Assembly: GCA_002269645.1 (NCBI GenBank)
Contig: NIVC01001461.1
Coordinates: forward strand, 121,313 to 185,312
Length of the DNA: 64,000 bases
Source: Macrostomum lignano
Taxonomy: Eukaryota
Direction of reading: 5' to 3'
Part shown: positions 23,427 through 36,826 of the stretch, piece after piece
How the letters are laid out: each line of letters begins with the position of its first letter
Numbering within the stretch: the first letter of the stretch is position 1
Notes under the pieces: model-generated
The model's input: the letters and a program-made list of their open reading frames with translations, nothing else
Database searches by the model: none
What the model was told of the DNA's origin: nothing
Translations under genes and position numbers: made by a program

Positions 23427-26400
23427 CCTGTCTGTCTTAGTGTCTGTCTGTCTGTCTGTCCGTCTGTCTTAGTGTCTGTCTTTAGTGTCTTAGTATCTGT
23501 CTTAGTGTCTGTCTTAGTGTCTGTCTGTCTGTCTGTACCGAAAAATTACAGAAAAAACAAACAAAATAAACGCACTACCAGCCTACTCACAATCAGTAGA
23601 GTAATAAGAACAGCACGACTGCACTAAAAATTCTCCAAACGAGTCAAAAACAAGGCAGACATAAAAATCCCCAAACCCTCAATGGGAAAAGAGAGTGCGG
23701 GCGAACTTGGCTGGGGGCGGGAAGGAAGGGGAAGAGAGGAAAACAGGGGAAGAGGCAAGACACGGGGATGTGGTGGAGGGGAAATCCTCCCTCTCTCACA
23801 GCGGGTGTTTGGCGTGGAAACGCAGACAGCTAGTCAACCCCTCCCCCTGTAACAGCCACCCCAGGTCCCCCATACCCAAGCCCCGAAGTCAGACCACGTG
23901 GCCAATCCACCCCATCCCCACTCCCCACATGAATTCCCCTCATGCCCAAGCCGCAGAGAGCGGGCTTAGTCACACCACCCGGGACTTCCAGTTCGGGCTG
24001 CACTGCAGGGCTTGGCAACTGATACAGGAGGAACGGGCCCTGCCCAGTCCAGAAAAACAGACAGCCACGTGGCCTGGCCAACATATTTAGCTCGCATATC
24101 TATGAAGCCATTCTATTCTGGCTATAAGGATAGGCTGGAAAGTACAAACAGCATTTGTGCAGACTGTGTAGGTGGCTGAGTGGGGGCAGTGGTACCACTC
24201 TAAACGGCTTTCATTCCCCACTCAACACTGAAATTCCGCAGCCAGCTCTAAAAGATTTGTCTCAGCTGCGAACGGTACAGTTTAGCAGTCTTGAACCGGC
24301 GGCCTCGGGGTTCTAATTATTGCTTACTTAGCTGAGCTAGATTGACTATTCTGCACAGGATTTACTAGCCATGTAGCTTTCGAATATGCTCCCTGCTCCA
24401 CTCTTCCCTGCCTTCTCATTCTCACTGTCATTCCCCCTCTCGTGCTGTCACTCCCCCCCTCTCTCACTGTCATTCCCCCTCTCATGCTGTCACTCCCTCC
24501 CTCTCACTGTCATTCCCCCTCTCATGCTGTCACTCCCTCCTCTCTCACTGTCATTCCCCCTCTCGTGCTGTCACTCCCCCCTCTCTCACTGTCATTCCCC
24601 CTCTCATGCTGTCACTCCCTCCCTCTCACTGTCATTCCCCCTCTCATGCTGTCACTCCCTCCCTCTCACTGTCATTCCCCCTCTCATGCTGTCACTCCCT
24701 CCTCTCTCACTGTCATTCCCCCTCTCGTGCTGTCACTCCCCCCTCTCTCACTGTCATTCCCCCTCTCTCACACTGTCACTCCCCATCTCTCACGCTGTCA
24801 CTCCCCCTCTCTCACACTGTCATTCCCCCTCTCTCACACTGTCACTCCCCATCTCTCACGCTGTCACTCCCCATCTCTCACGCTGTCACTCCCCCTCTCT
24901 CACGCTGTCACTCCCCCTCTCTCACACTGTCACTCCCCCTCTTTCACATTGTCACTCCCCCTCTCTCACACTGTCACTCCCCATCTCTCACGCTGTCACT
25001 CCCCATCTCTCACGCTGTCACCCCCCCTCTCTCACACTGTCACTCCCCCTCTTTCACATTGTTACACCCCATCTTTCACAGAATCCCTGTCCGCGCAAGC
25101 AGTGCCCAAACAAAGCACACAGGCAATGCTTGCTCGCAGTGATTCACAAGTGACACGGAGCCCCACCCCAGTGTTTACAAATTTTGTTCATAAAAAACAG
25201 TTGTTCTAATCAAGGTGGACCCGAGGGCAAAAAAACAGCGCCTTATCACTATAAGGATCGCGGGCACTATTACGCCTGTTAACACCGCTATGAGTGAACT
25301 GCAGTCCAATAGCTTTGGCACAACAAAATCTGTTCTCAACTTTCCACTTGCAAGCGAAAAAAAGATTTACTTCTTGACCCAGCCAGATTGGTCCGGCCAA
25401 CCGTCATGGCAGCTGTTGCAACTGGCATTCTCATATTCAGCACCCTCTCTCTCTCTCTCTCTCTCCAAAACAGCAACAAAAGCAGACGAGAAAAAATCAA
25501 TTTCCACCTCTTCAACTAAACTTTCACATCCACCCACACGTGAACAGAAAACACGTTGTTAATAAAAAATAGAAAAAATAAAGTTCTCACTAAAGGTGGT
25601 GGCGGCGTCCCTGTCTACAGTCCTGCTCGATATGAGCATTGTCATGGCCGTGTACGGGATGTGATAGGTCTGAAACAGGAAATTTAACAGTTATGAGTTT
25701 TTACTGAGCTATAGGCATAACTACGAGTAAATGCATGAAAATGAAAGCTCCATTCTGCCACACACACTGGCAGTCAGCATATTCATACTTTTAGTTTATC
25801 AAGATTCTAGTTTATGATGATTTTAGTTTATCAAGATTCTAGTTTATGATGATTTTAGTTTATGGCGATTTTAGTTTATCAAGATTCTAGTTTAGGATGA
25901 TTTTAGTTTATCAAGATTCTAGTTTATGATGATTTTAGTTTATGATGATTTTAGTTTATCAAGATTCTATTTTAGGATGATTTTAGTTTATCAAGATTCT
26001 AGTTTAGGATGATTTTAGTTTATCAAGATTCTAGTTTATGATGATTTTAGTTTATGATGATTTTAGTTTATCAAGATTCTATTTTAGGATGATTTTAGTT
26101 TATCAAGATTCTAGTTTATGATGATTTTAGTTTATCAAGATTCTAGTTTATGATGATTTTAGTTTATGATGATTTTAGTTTATGATGATTTTAGTTTATC
26201 AAGATTCTAGTTTAGGATGATTTTAGTTTATCAAGATTCTAGTTTATGATGATTCTAGCTAATGAAAGACTCCAGTCAGTGAAATTTATTTATCAGAACG
26301 AAATGAACTCTGGTCTCTCGTCTGGCTCGCACTGGCCAAGGTCGAATTGGACAGCGAGGCACAGAAGAGAGGAACTTGGATGAGGCGACACGGGCTAAAA

Positions 26401-29400
26401 ATAGGCCGACTAGGGGGAGGGGAGGCAAGGACTGAGTGCGGCAGGGTGGGGTGATTGGGGCGAGAGAGAGAGAGAGAAAGGAGAGAACACGAGTCACGTG
26501 ACGCATGCGCACTAAGGCCGGCCCGCCCCGAGTGCGCCAGAACTCAAGGGTGGGCGTCGGTATTAGATTTAGAATTAGGCAGGGGGGGGGGGCAATATAG
26601 CATCAGCTTGATAGACATTTTGTTGGATGTTGCCGAAGCCTCGGATGCATCAAGTGCGACTTAGCAAGCAGCGACATAAACAATTCGTGAAGCCATGAAA
26701 ATATTTTAGTAGCAATGTTTTAAAGGGAATGAGATTCTCAATAGGGGATTTTTCAAGGAATGAGATTCTCTATAGGGGATTTTTCAAGGAATGAGATTCT
26801 CAATAGGGGATTTTTCAAGGGATGAGATTCTCAATAGGGGATTTTTCAAGGAATGAGATTCTCTATAGGGGATTTTTCAAGGAATGAGATTCTCAATAGA
26901 GGATTTTTCAAGGGATGAGATTCTCAATAGAAGATTTTTCAAGGAATGAGATTCTCAATAGAGGATTTTTCAAGGGATGAGATTCTCAATAGGGGATTTT
27001 TCAAGGGGTGAGATTCTCAATAGGGGATTTTTCAGGGGGTGAGATTCTCAATAGGAGAAGGGTGAGATTTCTTAGCTCAGGGGTGAGATTCTATACAATT
27101 TTCTATTGCAACAACAATTATTATTATATTTATAATAAATACAAACCGTCAGAAACGTGCAGAAGGCGAAGTAAACCACAAAGTAGTAGATAAATCTTCC
27201 AGGTGTCCACTGCCAGGAGGGCGTGTGGAACAGCAGAATGAAGGAGGTGGCGCACAGCGGAGCGGAGCCCAGCACCCAGATGCGGCACTTGCCCCACCTG
27301 CGGATCGGAGACGGCAGGGAGGAATTTCAGCTTACTGGCTTGATCAACTGGAAGTATCATTTCGTTGCATGGCCTAATGACCTAATGAAGTATCTGATTC
27401 TATTGTATGGCCTAATGACCTACTGAACTATCTGATTCTATTGTATGGCCTAATGACCTACTGAACTATCTGATTCTATTGTATGGCCTAATGACCTAAT
27501 GAACTATCTGATTCTATTGTATGGCCTAATGACCTACTGAACTATCTGATTCTATCGCATGGTCTAATGAACCGAATGAAGTATCTGATTCTATCGCATG
27601 GCCTAATGAACCGAATGAAGTATCTGATTCTATCGCATGGTCTAATGAACCGAATGAAGTATCTGATTCTATCGCATGGCCTAATGAACCGAATGAAGAA
27701 TCTGATTCTATCGCATGGCCTAATGAACTAATTATCTGATTCTATCGCATGGCCTAATGAACTAATTATCTGATTCTATCGCATGGCCTAATGAACCGAA
27801 TGAAGTATCTGATTCTATCGCATGGCCTAATGAACTAATTATCTGATTCTATCGCATGGCCTAATGAACCGAATGAAGTATCTGATTCTATCGCATGGCC
27901 TAATGAACCGAATGAAGTATCTGATTCTATCGCATGGCCTAATGACCTAATTAAGTATCTGATTCTATCGCATGGCCTAATGAACCGAATGAAGTATCTG
28001 ATTCTATCGCATGGCCTAATGACCTAATTAAGTATCTGATCCTATCGCATGGTCTAATGAATGATCCTGAAGCTTCACTCTATCCTCATGATCAGGCGAC
28101 CCTGAAGTCCCATATCCACATTAATCAAATACAATGTCCTCACCTAGTCTTGGTCCGGGTGACCAAGTAGCCAATAAGCGGATCGGACACGGCATCCCAG
28201 AACCTGCCAGCAAAGGAGATGGTCAGCACCAGGCCAGGCGAGAGCTTGGCCACCTCCAGCAGGTAGACAGACATGAGGAAGCCAAGTATATTGCCGCACA
28301 TTGCCGATGGCGGGGCGGCCAAGCCATACAGAAGGCGCCGGCAGGTGGACAAAGCTGGCACTTCCATGACATTCACCTCCAGGTTGGGGTACACTGACTG
28401 ATTGGAGGTGATCAGCGGGTCCATTGTCTGTAAAGAATTCGATTGATTGATAGTGTTCAATAAACTTATAAACCTATTAGTAAATTGAATCTATGCTATC
28501 AAATTATATTGGTTTTCTATGTCTGGCCAGTCAGACATCAATAATAATAATATAACTAATAAATGTAGTTCAATACTAAGAGAAAAAATAGTTGTCTATG
28601 ATGATGAAAATTAAGATAAGAAAGATATCTAATACATTTTATATCTATTAGTTTAAGATTACCTATCTAGAAACAAAATTTTCACTTTTCAGTTTTCTTT
28701 TACTTAGTTTAATTAAAATATAAATAACTTTTATTAAAATGTGTTAAAATGTAAAAAAATTCAATAATAAATTATATACTTGTTGTTTGTCATCAATTTA
28801 CATCTTTATTAATATTAGAAAGTTGTCTACATAGTTTAGGACTATATATGATTATATAGAAAACTTCTAGAAAAAACTAATAAAAACAAATTCCTAATGT
28901 TGTTTACTATTTACTATTTACTATAGCTATATCTACTTATTCAATCTAAGCCATATTATAGCAAATCTAAAATATTTATAGATGCCCTTTCAATTTTAAG
29001 CAAACAAGTTTATAATTAGACTTATAGGATGTTTCATAAAAGGCTAGATATTATACATAATGATAAACTTTAAAAGTCTAAGTTTGTAATGCATTTGGTA
29101 CTTAACTCTAAAAACTGATAATACCATACCAAAAGATACCATAGTATTATGGTATATAAATGAAACGGAATGTATAAAAGCATAAAGAATACATGTCAAT
29201 ATAAATTTAAAAAATTGGGACAAAATTATAAAACCCTAAAAATATATTTGTATGTTCACATAAAAACTCACACTTACATTCGAATGAGTTAATGTTGCAA
29301 CACTTGGTATAGCACTTGGTTGAGCACCATTCTCTTCATTTAATTCCATTGCAGATTCATTTGAGAATGGTTGGCCATGGCTTCTCATTTTTGGACTTGA

Positions 29401-29427
29401 GTGATGGCGATGGGGATATGGTGGCAT
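19318..29427 (-). CDS. MFSD2: MFSD2-like major facilitator (GPH/MelB family) transporter, putative lysophospholipid symporter, 7 exons, ~665 aa
   Basis: complement(join(19318..19660,20245..20607,21743..22370,25591..25669,27147..27297,28144..28427,29278..29427)), phases consistent. Motifs [70 protein letters not shown]. The first exon (29278-29427) is less certain. Confidence 0.88.
19678..20215 (+). repeat. 34-bp minisatellite, MFSD2 last intron
   Basis: Near-perfect unit CTGGTCATTCGGACTGGTCATGCACACTTGTGAT, ~15 copies. Confidence 0.95.
20683..21505 (+). repeat. 24-25-bp minisatellite containing AAAATGGCGGC
   Basis: Units TTTGCAAAAATGGCGGCCCTGGAT / TTTTCTCAAAATGGCGGCCCTGGAT, roughly 30 copies. 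Confidence 0.95.
21553..21730 (+). repeat. 42-bp tandem repeat x4
   Basis: Unit AAAAATGGCCCATAGACAACAAACTGGCACTTGAGGAGTTAC. Confidence 0.9.
22390..23535 (+). repeat. (TGTC)n microsatellite with TTAG interruptions
   Basis: Directly visible. Confidence 0.95.
24415..25075 (+). repeat. CT-rich ~20/40-bp minisatellite
   Basis: Unit CTGTCACTCCCCCTCTCTCACA and variants. Confidence 0.9.
25790..26258 (+). repeat. AT-rich compound minisatellite
   Basis: Alternating TTTTAGTTTATGATGA and TTTTAGTTTATCAAGATTCTAG units. Confidence 0.9.
26728..27080 (+). repeat. 32-bp minisatellite
   Basis: Unit GAATGAGATTCTCAATAGGGGATTTTTCAAGG. Confidence 0.9.
27365..28058 (+). repeat. 34-39-bp minisatellite
   Basis: Unit TATCTGATTCTATCGCATGGCCTAATGAACCGAATGAAG. 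Confidence 0.9.
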
Positions 29428-29899
29428 TCCAATCAAATTTCAGACGAGCAAGCTTAGAGCTAATGGCTTAGACTTATGATTTACTAAAAATATTTATAAA
29501 ATATTTTGAATATTGATTGAAGATTGAAAACTGTGCTTCACTGCTTTATTATTGCTTAATGATAAACTTTTAAGTAACAAACAAAGTAGATGAAGAACAA
29601 AAGGTAATAAATTTGCCGCAAAAAAGGAGTCTTGAAAAATCGGAGAATACAAAAATTCAAAGTTTTGTCACGTGTTAGATACTAAAAGTCTTAAAAAAAA
29701 CATTTAGTTTAGTGGCTTGCCAACTCCGGCGAGGCGGCGTGCGTGACTCATTATATTTAATTATCGTGTGCACTTAATCAAATTTAAAAATGCACGTTAT
29801 TAGGATATTAGTGTTAACAAAAGTTTGACTTATACTACAACTTAAGTTGAACAGCATTGAATGTTGATCGCAGCAAGATTTACTAAAGTTATTTTTATA

Positions 29900-30977
29900 T
29901 AATAATAATAATAGTTACGCCCCACGCCAGCCATAGAAGTGGCCAAAAGGGGGGAGCGTCAAATCGCGCGTTTCAGAACTACGTCTCTAATGTGCTTCAC
30001 ACAGGCCGCCTGGCTGGGTGCTCGCGCATCTTCAAAAAGGCGGTCGACGTAGCGGGTAGCCTGCGCGGTCCCGCGGTGTCCACAGCAGGACGTCCTGCAG
30101 CGGCTCTGGGCAGTAAGCTTCGGCCCGGATGACATGTCCGGCCAGCCGCAGGCGCCGCTGACTCAGCAGGGCAGAAGGCCGCGTCAGGCCTGTGCGCTTG
30201 TACAGGGACTCGGTTGTCTCGCTGCCAGGGCCGCGGCGGGCGCCGAAAGCGGCGCGGACTAGGGCCGCATGTGCCGCGTCGAGCTGCGCCTCAAGCGCCC
30301 CGGTCAGCGTCCAGGTCTCAGCATTGTACAGCAGGGCGGTCTCAACAACCGCCTGGAACAGCTGGGACCTGGCGCCGTCGGACAGGGCCTCGGAGAGCAG
30401 CACCGCCCGCACAGATCGGAAGGCAGCCCATGCCTTGCCGCGCCGTCTCGCTAGGTCGTCGCCGACGTCCGGCACCAGTCCGCCGAGGTAGACGAACTGA
30501 AGGCACTTCGGGAGCGCCGTCCCGGGGCCGTCGCCGTCTCGAAGTCGAATCTCGGCGGGTAGATCATGCGGCACCGTCAGCACCTCGGTCTTCCTCGCGT
30601 TGATGACGAGACCGACCCTCGCCGCCGCCGCAGTCAAGCCGTCCAGCAGCCGTTGGGCGCCTTCGGCCGTCGAAGACAGCAGGACGAGGTCGTCCGCGTA
30701 GCCAAGGACAGACAGTTTCTTCTCCGGGTGCCGTCTACTGGTGCGCCTTTGCAGCAGAAAGCCGTCCTCTGATGTCGGCAGGCCAATCCTGAGCACCCAG
30801 TCCATCACCAGCACGAAGAGAAAGGGCGCCAGAGTGTCACCCTGTAGCACTCCGGACGTCGTGCTAAACAGGTCCGACGGTCCGTCTGGCGTCGCTACCG
30901 CGGCGGTGGTGTCCTGATACAGCGCCATGATGGCGGAGATAAGCTGCTGCGGCACGTTGTAGGCACGGAGCACAGCA
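29900..30977 (-). mobile_element. 5'-truncated RTE-type non-LTR retrotransposon (RT C-terminal half, 3' UTR, (ATT)n tail)
   Basis: ORF 30032..30973 with TTSGVLQGDTLAPFLF, LGYADDLVL, GLVINARKTEV and FVYLGG RT motifs. The minus-strand end reads GGGGCGTAACTATTATTATTATT. Confidence 0.92.
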
Positions 30978-32241
30978 GATGTATATAGTTATACATCTCT
31001 CTTTTAAGGAGCTGCATATCTCAAAATCCGAAGAAGTTGCAGTAGAGACAAATGTCTTTTGGTAGACTTACTAACGGAATGAAAACTCGCACCCACAGCG
31101 CCTCTATAAATTCGCTTTCACCTCAAACAGTTCAGGTTCATCTGGAACAGGCAGCTTCTCTACAGCCGTTTCTGAACTAGCTTGTAACAGGTCGTTTATC
31201 GGTAGTCTCTGAAAGGCCTCTCACGCCAACTACCTTACACGCCTGCTACCCCTCTGTCACGACAGACAGAAGCTTCGAAGAACTGAGACAAGTCCTTTTC
31301 TTAGGTTTGAGCTCAAACTTTACTCAACTCGGCAGTGGAGAGCCTCGGCTCTTTCAATTGCATTGTATTTATAACGCTCGGCATTGTGTTTGGGGGCAGC
31401 GTTGGGGTGGTGGCGTAATATTTTTCCGCCCCACCCATCTTATTTGCTTTTTGCATAGTTAGGGAGTTAGATGAATTAACACAGAGAGGGCACGCATTGT
31501 CTGCGTGGCTGTTTTAGTGCAGGCAAATGGGTGGGTCTAATATTAAATATCTATGATAAGTTTGTAATTGCATATCACCGTTTTGAACGCTGATGGCGCC
31601 AATGCCTTGCTCTCAGCTTACGGCGTCGACTAGAGGGACCCTCAATTATGGGAGCAGTCCATGCACCTGTGCCGAGAACGCTGTCGCTCTTGGGAGTTCT
31701 GTCCTTAATGTCAAACGCAGTTTGCTTCCGTTAGTATATGACACGGTGACCAAAAACGTCGAATGACTTGAAGATTCAACAGCCGCATGGTCTATAATAT
31801 TTTATCCACCGCTCCAGTTGTTGCATTGAAGACTTGCTAACAATTGGTTTTCATTCGTTGGTCTATGGTTTAATTTCCAGCTTGAGAGTCGATTCAGAGT
31901 GAAAAGGGAGAACAGTTATCGGGTCTGGCATATTACATGCATACCGGGTCGGGTTTATTCTTGTGGTTTACCACACCATATGCATTCACCTTTCTGTTCT
32001 TTAGCCTTCAGCGTGCAATTGCATTAGTTGTTTTAAAATATGATGAGATCAGCAAGAATATTGTTTGTCCAAAAACGTGATTTGAAAAAGTTCGAGAAAA
32101 AAATTGCAATTGTCTTTATGAAGAAGAAAAAATAAAATAAATTTGCAAGTGAAAGTATAAGAGATTAAGAGATTATTATTAAAAAGTGCATCTGCATCAA
32201 GCGGGGCAGTGTTGCATCCAGAAGATGGATCACGCGGACGC

Positions 32242-35200
32242 CTATCGGTGGTCGCGGTACATCTTTGTGAACGTTTCGCCAAATAATCGACGCAACTCGT
32301 TGCGCATAGCCTTGAACGTTGGCGTCAGGAGGCCGTTCTCAACGCTAAACGGCTCGTGGTGCAGGTGTATGTCCCGCACCTGCAAGTGACAGGATGGTAA
32401 GCGATATAGCCTCATACTAGCTGCTGAATGCATTCTAAAACCTACATGTAAATTGGCGTTGGAATGGATTGAAGTTGGAATTGGTTGTAAAGGGCCTTAG
32501 CGAGACACATGTAGTACATTTCGATTCGATATATCACTGAGCCTCCATTACCGCATATGATTAGCCTTTACACAAAACCAATTGCGCAGTAAAACTTTAC
32601 ATACGATGTCGCCGTACCTGCTCGAAAGACTTGAGATCATTAGCCTTCCCCGTGGCTTGCATACTCTGCAGGATCTCCGTTTTTAGTTCCAAATCGTTGC
32701 ACAGGTCTTTCAAATTTTCCGGTTTGCGCCGCTTCTTTGCCCAAGCCATCACAGCCTCCGGGTTGGGCACAACCGCGGCCAGAATGAAATTCTCCAGGCT
32801 GTCTCCGTGCACGAACACCTGATACACGTAGACGTTGGTGCTGTAAATCTGTTCAATCTTTTCTGGAGCAACGTACTCGCCCTGGGACAACTTGAAAATG
32901 TGCTTCTTTCGGTCGATGATCTTCAGAAAACCGTCGCTGGTCCATTGACCAATGTCACCCGTGTGCATCCAGCCGTCGGAGTCCATGATCTTGGCCGTCT
33001 CCGCTTCCATTTGGAAGTAGCCAAGCGTGACGTTCAAGCCTTTGATGCAGACTTCGCCCGAGCCGTCTTTAGCGTAGTAGCCCATTTCCGGGACGTCCTG
33101 CAGCTGGACGACGTTGTTGAACAACGGCATGCCGACGTTGCCCGTCTGCGGGTTGCCTGGAAGCGTGACAGTGGAGCCACCTGTGGTCTCCGTCTGGCCG
33201 TAGCCTTCCACTACCGGACAGCCGAAGGCCGCCCTTGAGAAGCGCATCACCTTTTCGGCTAGAGGAGCGGAGCCCACAATGACCAGCCGGATGCGGTTGC
33301 CGGTGGAGGCCTGCTCAATGGGTTCAAAATAAATTTGCTGCTTTTTTCTGGACTTTATGATCGTTTTGAAATTTAGAGCCCAAAATATAAATTATAAAGC
33401 TGATTTGAGACTTGCTGGAGGAACGCCTCACATTACTGATGACCACTACCATAACCTGAATGGTCGATTTTTCACCGCGCTAATCGCGTCTTTCCACAAT
33501 TTTTCATTGCCTTCCTTCCTAAAACTGCCTTGTACATTTTCACTGCACAGTGGTGTACGCAGAGGGGCACAGGTGTCATTAGTACGTGTACGTCAACAAA
33601 ATTCGCCTAAGTGGTCTATCTACTAGTTACAGTACGCGATCATGAGTCATGACCAATGCATCAACGTTAATAACAGGGAGCTCTCACCTGAATCTTGCTA
33701 AACACCAGCGAGTCCCAGATGGAATTCTTCCGAATGACTCGCCGATTAACTTCATTAGTTTTGCGTCTAAGCGCCATGCGGAAGATGGCAGCCCCAAGAC
33801 AGTTGGAGTTCGCCTGGGCCAAGGTCTTGTCGTAAATCCGATTCAGCAGCCGAGGCACCGTGCAGAAAATGGTCGGCTTGAGCTCCTTCATGTCGTCGAC
33901 TAGAGTGAGAATGTCGCCACGGTAGAATCCGATTCTCATGCCATGCATGAAGCATAAAACGTGCATAATTCGCTCGAAGATGTGAGCCAGAGGCAGGTAG
34001 CTCAGGTAGACGTCATCGCAGCTGGCGGTGGACACGTACTGTGAAATTTCCGGGTTTGAAGCTGTCGACACCTTCTTCACGCTTAAATAGACTCAGCCAG
34101 ATAAAATATTGTCGACAGTCAATCGAATCAATTAACTGTCGGCAACCTCAAACTTTAGCAAACTTGTTCTCTCACCTGCTTGCCGTGAGTTATCAAAAGG
34201 TCCGTCATGGCCAGCGATTCGGCTATTAAATTGCCGTGCGTAATTTGAACGCCCTTCGGGAGGCCTGGGTGCAAAAGCAGGGGGAAAATATTAAAGAATG
34301 TACGAGCTAAGAATGCGATTCTCCCCATTCATACTGTCCTTGTCTGCTCACATCTGTCTAATTTCAACATTTTGTGCTTTTGCCATAATAAACCTTGACT
34401 GCTGCTTTCCCAAGCCTGTGGTTTCGGTTTTGCCGGTAGACTCCATTGACCTACAGCGTATTGGCTATTTCTGTCTTCGGAGGGGCATTATATAAAACTG
34501 GAGAACGCTACACCTGTTGAAATCAGTTTCTTAGTTTCCGAGGTCCGGGATTGCTCTCGTTTGTAGCAATTTTAGAAGGAAAATGATTTGTTGATTTCTG
34601 CATACGCGCCATGCATTCATCAGATACTTAATGGAATAGGACTCGCGACAAAAAAACTACATGTAAGGCTTCAAAGACTGTCAAACAACTTGAAGAGACT
34701 TGATTTTAGATACGTTTGCCTCTGAGATTCATTTTCCCTTGACGCACCGGTAGTTCCGCTGGTGTAGCACAGCAGAGCCAGGCTTTTCCTGTTGGGCTGC
34801 TGGCGCTGCTCGACTGGATTTTCCCGCCCTGCCTTCAGCGCCTCCTGCCAGCCCCAGGCCTGCTGCTTGATCTCGTTGACCTTTGGTATCCGGCCGCTCA
34901 GCTGAATGATGTGCAGGATCTGGGCGGAGTTCTTCAAGCGCAGCAGATTGGTCACGTGCTGGGGAGTCTCGCACAGGATGACACTAATGCGAGTCTGCAT
35001 CAGAATGTGGTCCGTGGCCTCCGGGCCCAAGGTGTCGTACAGCGGCACTGGGGTGAGGCAGTACAGGTAGCAGCCGAGCTCCAGTATCACCCACTCGGCG
35101 CGGTTCTTGGTGTAAATTCCCACAAAACTTTCCGGCGGCAGTTTGAGAACGGCGGCCAGGAATGCACCGATGTTGAGCGCTTCGGTGAACACCTATAAGT

Positions 35201-36562
35201 TTTTTTCAAGTTATAAGTCTGTGTTATAAGTCTGTCAAAAGTCAATGGGCTGCTAATTATTACGACAGTCAATCTACCGGGGGCCGCCCACCCCCCCCCC
35301 CCCCAAATCACCCGCTACAGACTCGTTGAATAACAAGAGCTCCATTTCAGCCACCTCTTCGACAGGGCATCTGAGTGTACAGCACACACCAAAAACCCAC
35401 CAAGAGACAGTGACGTCCACCAAGAGACAGCCACGTCCACCAAGAACGAAGAGACAGTGACGTCCACCAAGAGACAGTGACGCCCACCAAGAGACAGTGA
35501 CGCCCACCAAGAGACAGTGACGTCCACCAAGAGACAGCCACGTCCACCAAGAGACAGTGACGCCCACCAAGAGACAGTGACGCCCACCAAGAGACAGTGA
35601 CGTCCACCAAGAGACAGTGACGTCCACCAAGAGACAGCGACATCCACCAAGAGTCAGTGACGTCAACCAGGAGACAGTGACACGAACAAGAAACCTTATT
35701 CACAAACATACTGAGTACACTAAAAGAGATTTGCTTCACATTCTTTCTTTGCCACTCTTCAGTGGGATCTCAGATATTCCAGGAATTACCAACCCATCAT
35801 GAACTGTGGTGACAGTCGGCCCGTTACCGCTCTACTTTTTAATATAAAAAAATCAAAATACTCGTAGTATACATGTACAGGAGGGCTGTTGGCACCCTGG
35901 CGCTGAGGCAATTCTGCCCATTCCGCTGACTCCTGAGCACATGCAGGCGCGCCAATGCTGTACGCAGGCACGTACTCAAACACGCTCACACAGGATGCGC
36001 AGCGGTCCTGACTTTCTCAGGCGTGTACTCTAGTTCTGTGCATTGGAGGGTTGGCCCTCGTAGGGGGGGGGCGGACTAAGCTGTTCTGCTTCCGAAATCG
36101 AAATTAAGGCCCAAAATTATGATGAGATTTATGTCTTAACTAAATTCTTCAGCAGGGCGCAAGCACATCCCACTAAATTACAAGTTCACAGTGAACTTTA
36201 CCTCCTGATAAGACATCCAGGTGAATGGCGAGTTGATATCGAACCTGGTACCCAGACAGGGCCTGGACGCCGAGACCCGCATGCCGCTCTTGAAGACGTC
36301 CACAACGCTCGCATCGGGGTATTCTTCAAACCTCCGGCTGAACACTTTGAGTCGCTGAATTTTAAAGAAATAGGTAAAACCGTGCATGTAAAGTTGCTGA
36401 TAAAGCGTATTATGCTTCAGCCTGCTCTCTCCCCTATGCCTAAAACTGTCTCTCCCATCGAGTACTCACATCATCTTGTTTGTCGATGGAGGTGCTCGAC
36501 AAGATCTCGGCGTCCTTCTCGTTAACTTTATTTGCTGCTGGATTAACCTTAGCATGCGGCAT
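32242..36562 (-). CDS. ACSL: Long-chain fatty acyl-CoA synthetase (ACSL1/5/6-like), 7 exons, ~653 aa
   Basis: complement(join(32242..32379,32618..33310,33688..34038,34176..34264,34748..35192,36202..36354,36470..36562)). AMP-binding LCYTSGTTG|LPKG, YLSYLPLAHIFER, VVEGYGQTE, DGWMHTGDIG, IIDRKKHIFKLSQGEYVAPEKIE, NGLLTPTFK. Confidence 0.95.
35398..35682 (+). repeat. 20-bp minisatellite, ACSL intron 2
   Basis: Unit CCACCAAGAGACAGTGACGT. Confidence 0.9.
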
Positions 36563-36740
36563 TGCTGCGTACGTAGATGCTCTGCTCTAGAAGGGAAATA
36601 ACTAGCTTTGTCTTCTCTGTGCTCAGATATAAATATTCGCTTTTTTTGCTAGTACCGAAAAAAATCTCTATGGCTTTGAAGCTTTGCTCTTTAGATTTAA
36701 GGCTTAATAAAAAAAATCGAGCTTGTATCCATCTAAGCCC

Positions 36741-36826
36741 ACGTCAGAAACGCTCGGGTTTATACCCTCAAACAGGCAATGCTCCTTTCTATCCATAATT
36801 ATCTTGTCCAGCAGTCCCGTGATTGG
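36741..36826 (-). promoter_or_regulatory. Candidate ACSL promoter (CCAAT, TATAAA, TGACGT)
   Basis: Minus strand: AGCCAATCA 36822-36826, TATAAA 36759-36764, TGACGT 36741-36746. Confidence 0.45.
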
